The notes under the pieces were generated by a model that was given only the letters and a program-made list of their open reading frames with translations, ran no database searches and was not told where the DNA came from. 64,000 nt of DNA from Nanobdellota archaeon (GTDB lineage: Archaea; Nanobdellota; Nanobdellia; Parvarchaeales; Parvarchaeaceae), in assembly GCA_021800365.1 (NCBI GenBank), contig JAJYZA010000001.1:19377-83376 (forward strand), given 5' to 3'. Both the position numbers and the translations under genes were made by a program. Positions 60,123-64,000 of this stretch are shown here, piece by piece; the stretch's first letter is position 1, and each line of letters starts with the position of its first letter.

Positions 60123-61424
60123 TTAGATCTTATCAAAACCGGTGTACTTTCTAAGCGCTTCTGGCACGATTATAGTACCGTCTTTCTCTTGATAATGTTC
60201 CATTATCGCTATTATAGTTCTCTGTATTGGCAAACCGGTTCCATCCAAAGTATTAACATAATGTCTGATACCAGTGGCGTCTGTGTATTTTATGTTAAGG
60301 CGTCGGGCAATCCAGTCCGTAGTGTCATCAAAAGACCCGACTTCACGGTACTTGCCTTGTCCATCTAAGTAAGCCTCAATATCATACTGTTTAATATCTC
60401 TTACCCCCATATCACCGGTACATACGTTAACGACCCGGTATGGCACCCCCAATTCTTTCCAAATCTCTTCTACATTCTGAAGCATCTCCTCATGAAATTT
60501 CTTTGAATCCTCCGGTTTGCAAAGCACTATTTGTTCTGTCTGATCGAATTGGTGTATTCTAAATATGCCTTTTGTATCTTTTCCATGTGAACCTGCCTCC
60601 CGTCTAAATGCCGGGCTCAGCCCTACTAATTTTATTGGAAGTTCCTTTTCGTCTAGAATCTTATCAAAAAAGGTTGCAATCATGGGGTGCTCTGTTGTGG
60701 AGATAAGAAAGCGCTCTTCTTCACCAGTATCTTCTATACCGGTAACCTTATACAGCGCATCTTGAAACGTTGCCAAGTGGGCTATTCCCCCGTATATCTC
60801 TTTCTTCAGCATAAACGGGGGCATGGTAGGTGTATATCCCTTAGCCGCTATTTTGGCTATAGAGTACATCTCTAGCGCGAGCGCCAATTGGACCAGTTTA
60901 CCCTTTAGATAGTAAAAGCGACTGCCGGAGACTCTAGCCGCGCTGGTAACATCGATAAGACCACGCTCCTCGCCCAGATCTATATGCGCCTTTATTTGAA
61001 AATCCTTCTTCTTAACCACCCCAACCCTTCTTAACTCTACATTCTCACTATCATCGCGGCCATCCGGTGCGCCTTTATCAATCAAATTTGGTAACCACAA
61101 AAATAAATTCGACGCTTCATCCTCCTTTGCAGCTATCTCTTCTTCTTTCGCCCTTATTTCCTTCATTAAGTTTCTGCCGGTCTGTTGTTCACCCATATCA
61201 ATTTTAGTTGCTTTGCTGTCTCTTTTTTTCTTTGAAAATTCCAGGCTAGTAACGTTTCTTTTATGTCTTAACGAATCTACTTCTTGTCTGGCTTTTTTTA
61301 TTTCTATATTTAGTTCTATAAGTCTATCTACTGGGTTATTAACCGGCGGTGTAAGAAAACGTCGATTTATAGAAGAAGTGAGTGCCTCTTTATTTTCTTC
61401 TACATAATTGAAATCATAGTGCAT
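60123..61424 (-). CDS. serS: Serine--tRNA ligase
   Basis: N-terminal coiled coil, SGSRFYYL, TTEHP, FRREAG, RIHQF, YDIEA, VPEALRKY. Confidence 0.97.
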   Translation of the reverse strand: MHYDFNYVEENKEALTSSINRRFLTPPVNNPVDRLIELNIEIKKARQEVDSLRHKRNVTSLEFSKKKRDSKATKIDMGEQQTGRNLMKEIRAKEEEIAAKEDEASNLFLWLPNLIDKGAPDGRDDSENVELRRVGVVKKKDFQIKAHIDLGEERGLIDVTSAARVSGSRFYYLKGKLVQLALALEMYSIAKIAAKGYTPTMPPFMLKKEIYGGIAHLATFQDALYKVTGIEDTGEEERFLISTTEHPMIATFFDKILDEKELPIKLVGLSPAFRREAGSHGKDTKGIFRIHQFDQTEQIVLCKPEDSKKFHEEMLQNVEEIWKELGVPYRVVNVCTGDMGVRDIKQYDIEAYLDGQGKYREVGSFDDTTDWIARRLNIKYTDATGIRHYVNTLDGTGLPIQRTIIAIMEHYQEKDGTIIVPEALRKYTGFDKI

Positions 61425-61477
61425 AAGGTATCTTGCACAAAAAGATATATAAGCGTTTTGCATTAAGACTTGTGTAC

Positions 61478-61550
61478 GGGTCCATGGTCTAGTGGTTATG
61501 ACGTCCGCTTGACGTGCGGAAGTTCGAGGGTTCGAACCCCTCTGGGCCCA
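61478..61550 (+). tRNA. tRNA-Val(GAC)
   Basis: GGGTCCA/TGGGCCC acceptor, TCCGC-TT GAC GT-GCGGA, GGTTCGAACCC. Confidence 0.95.
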
Positions 61551-61987
61551 ATCGAATTAAGTCAAATTCTTCCACGCTTTTATGAAGAATCGTATTTTTA
61601 AATATCCCCCGGCCCATTTTTTCTGGGCTGCTTCTTCTACACCCTATTGCTAAAGTTAACCGGGAATAATCTTTGGCACCGGTTTTTATCGCAGTTCCGC
61701 GCTTGCTTAGTTATGTTATATCCAGTTAAAGTAGCGAATGTCTTTGCTCCGTCAATAAACGTAGACTTGTGTATCAGATAATCCGCACTTATACTCTCTG
61801 TAGCTGACAGCTCCATAATGTCTCGTTAATAGCTATATTAAATTCCCTATAAAAACAGGCCGCACAAATTCTAAAAATATAAATTTAGCCACCAGATTTT
61901 AGAAGTTAGCTACATATCTGATATCAAATGTAATCAACTATTTTAGCCATCTAAAAGCTTAAATAGTACTTGTCTTCTCCTTATAAA

Positions 61988-62407
61988 ATGAAACGCTGGT
62001 GGCCGGTTATAAAAAATTGGATGACTGACATAAATACTAAAAAAGCACGAAAAAAGAGCTTAATAGACATAATCGATAAAGGCGATGCTGTATTAGCCGC
62101 CTTTGGAAAAAGGCAGTACTTCGCCAGAGGGGGGTCACTATATACATACGCATATTATGACGATAAAGATATTAAAATAACCGGAACATATATTTCTACT
62201 AAAATATATCTACCCCCAGAATCAATAAATACGATGATAAGCGTAAAGCAATTAAACGTGCTGTACAAAGACAAAGAGGTATTTTATTCTGAGAGCGGCG
62301 GCCCATTTAATGTCTCGGTACCGGTAAACTCGCAAGACAAGGAATGGAGAGCTAAATTAGATTCATTATACAAGTCTGCAATTGAAAAGATACCGAGCTT
62401 AAAATAA
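61988..62407 (+). CDS. Hypothetical protein
   Basis: ORF with a TATA-like box about 22 nt before the ATG at 61988; no recognisable motif. Confidence 0.6.
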   Translation: MKRWWPVIKNWMTDINTKKARKKSLIDIIDKGDAVLAAFGKRQYFARGGSLYTYAYYDDKDIKITGTYISTKIYLPPESINTMISVKQLNVLYKDKEVFYSESGGPFNVSVPVNSQDKEWRAKLDSLYKSAIEKIPSLK

Positions 62408-62467
62408 GCCCCTTTCATTTTTACACAGATTTCTCTCTTAGCTGACTATCAAAATTAAACGATTCTT

Positions 62468-63214
62468 TTAGGCATATCCTTTTAGCTCTTCTATTCGAAG
62501 TCTTTTTGAAACGTTTATTAAAGTGCTTGAACTCTCTTTTAGTGCATAATCGTGTATTCTCTCTAGTGCTTTCATAAATAAAAGCAACCTAGAATTATCA
62601 TCCAGATCCAAACGTATCATTGAATTTTTTGTATGCAAATAAAGCCGCGTACCTTGTTCCTCTTTTCCACTAAAAGTACTTCTACACACTATCGCTATAT
62701 CTTTTTGACCATTGAGATAAGCTACTGTCGCTTTTTGCTCAAAAACATCCTTTATTGCCCAATTCATAATTCTAGCCCCTTGATCGGTATAACCGTAAAA
62801 TTCCAATACGCGTCTTGATTTATACAGTTTATATTTTGATAAGTCTATGCTCATAGCACCTTTTTTTATTTTTAACCCCAGCGATGAAAGATCCGGAGTA
62901 CCATAGTCTGCCTCTGCTTCGAGACCTCCCTTTATCATATAAGTTGTACTAATTTTACCTAATTTAGAGATATCTATAGTGTTAATGTCAAGAAATTCAT
63001 CTAAACTACTCGATTTCGCTTTATCAAAATCTTTTTCTGCTAGCATATGACAGTAGTCTCCTTTTTGGGAAACCCAGTCAAATCTGTCTTCACTTTGCAC
63101 GACGGTTATGCCTGGAATTAGTTTGCTAACTTTTATTAAATCTAGATCGGATAACGTTAAATCCTCTTTTGTAATTAATTTTTCTAGGTTTTTTAGATCA
63201 TCCTCATTTAACAT
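62468..63214 (-). CDS. Hypothetical protein
   Basis: 248-aa ORF with an upstream AGGGGT SD-like site; no recognisable motif. Confidence 0.65.
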   Translation of the reverse strand: MLNEDDLKNLEKLITKEDLTLSDLDLIKVSKLIPGITVVQSEDRFDWVSQKGDYCHMLAEKDFDKAKSSSLDEFLDINTIDISKLGKISTTYMIKGGLEAEADYGTPDLSSLGLKIKKGAMSIDLSKYKLYKSRRVLEFYGYTDQGARIMNWAIKDVFEQKATVAYLNGQKDIAIVCRSTFSGKEEQGTRLYLHTKNSMIRLDLDDNSRLLLFMKALERIHDYALKESSSTLINVSKRLRIEELKGYA

Positions 63215-63456
63215 AATCTTATTTACCCCTATTTCTGTAATATGATATACATTTAGAAGATAGTATCTTATATAAAACCTTTAATTAATCTCATAGGAAG
63301 ATATTTTATTACCAAATTACAATTGCGGCGATACTTCCCATATTGAAAAATGAGTTTGTAGTTTATTATATCCGACGCCAAATGGGCTTAAGAAAATAAC
63401 GTTTTATAATGCGTTAATTTGACTTTTTAAAAATTAGAAAATGCAGTGCTGATTGA

Positions 63457-64000
63457 TCACTCACTGCAGCAACTTAAATCCTCTATCTTATGATAGAATG
63501 ATAGCGCAGCTAGTTTTGTCGCCTCGCTTAGCGTTGGGAACACATGGATCGTATCTATTATGTCATTGATTGTAAGTCTAAATTTTACGGCAAGTGCGGC
63601 CTCGTGTATCAAATCTGCTGCGTTTTCTCCGATTATTTCTACTCCGATTATTTTCTTATTATTAGCGCCTATTACCATTTTTATTAATCCCTTAGTATCC
63701 TTTATTATCCCAGCTTTTGCAAGGTCAGTGAACATTACCGTGTGACAGGCACATTTTATCCCCCTATTGTTAGCTTCTTTATCTGTCAATCCAACTCGTG
63801 CTACCTCTGGAAAAGTAAAGATGGCTGCTGGAACAGAATCTAAGTTTATCTCTAATTTTTTGGAACTGAAAGCGTTTACCGTCGCTTTGTTTCCCTCTGC
63901 AGCTGCGAGCGCCTCTAGCATTGGTTCCCCGGTTACGTCTCCTGCTGCATATATCCCTTTGATCGAGGTCTCTAAACGTCGGTTTATCTTGATAAACCCA
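63457..64000 (-). CDS. merA: Mercuric reductase, C-terminal part (gene continues beyond the window)
   Basis: IYAAGDV, FTFPEVARVG, IHVFPTLSE and the C-terminal vicinal cysteines LSCCSE typical of MerA. Confidence 0.88.
   Translation of the reverse strand, partial: GFIKINRRLETSIKGIYAAGDVTGEPMLEALAAAEGNKATVNAFSSKKLEINLDSVPAAIFTFPEVARVGLTDKEANNRGIKCACHTVMFTDLAKAGIIKDTKGLIKMVIGANNKKIIGVEIIGENAADLIHEAALAVKFRLTINDIIDTIHVFPTLSEATKLAALSFYHKIEDLSCCSE

Overview
Gene-dense, AT-rich archaeal chromosome segment. It carries split RNA polymerase genes (rpoH-B''-B'-A'-A''-rpl30e-nusA-rps12-rps7), pheST, serS, PCNA, TFE, Mre11/Rad50 and rtcB-archease-thiI. There are seven tRNA genes, none with an encoded CCA and three with BHB/BHL introns. 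Short, divergent housekeeping proteins, a fermentative set (GAPN, ADP-forming acetate-CoA ligase), a Sulfolobus-type zinc ferredoxin and merA suggest an acidophilic DPANN archaeon, most likely Parvarchaeota/ARMAN-like (inference only). No CRISPR array, integrase or transposase is visible. The most notable signals are: (1) a 724-aa protein with two tandem calcineurin-like phosphoesterase domains, one degenerate and one intact; (2) a shared operator-BRE-TATA-ATG promoter architecture in front of two distant orphan loci, suggesting an orphan-gene regulon; (3) a tRNA-Leu gene that contains the stop codon of aMBF1; (4) a hairpin-sequestered, SD-led 23-codon ORF divergent from the RNAP operon; (5) a stand-alone N-terminal Dph2 fragment; (6) a repeat-rich region upstream of sepF; (7) an exact 92-bp duplication in an S2P protease; (8) an eL41/eS32 gene missed by the ORF track.
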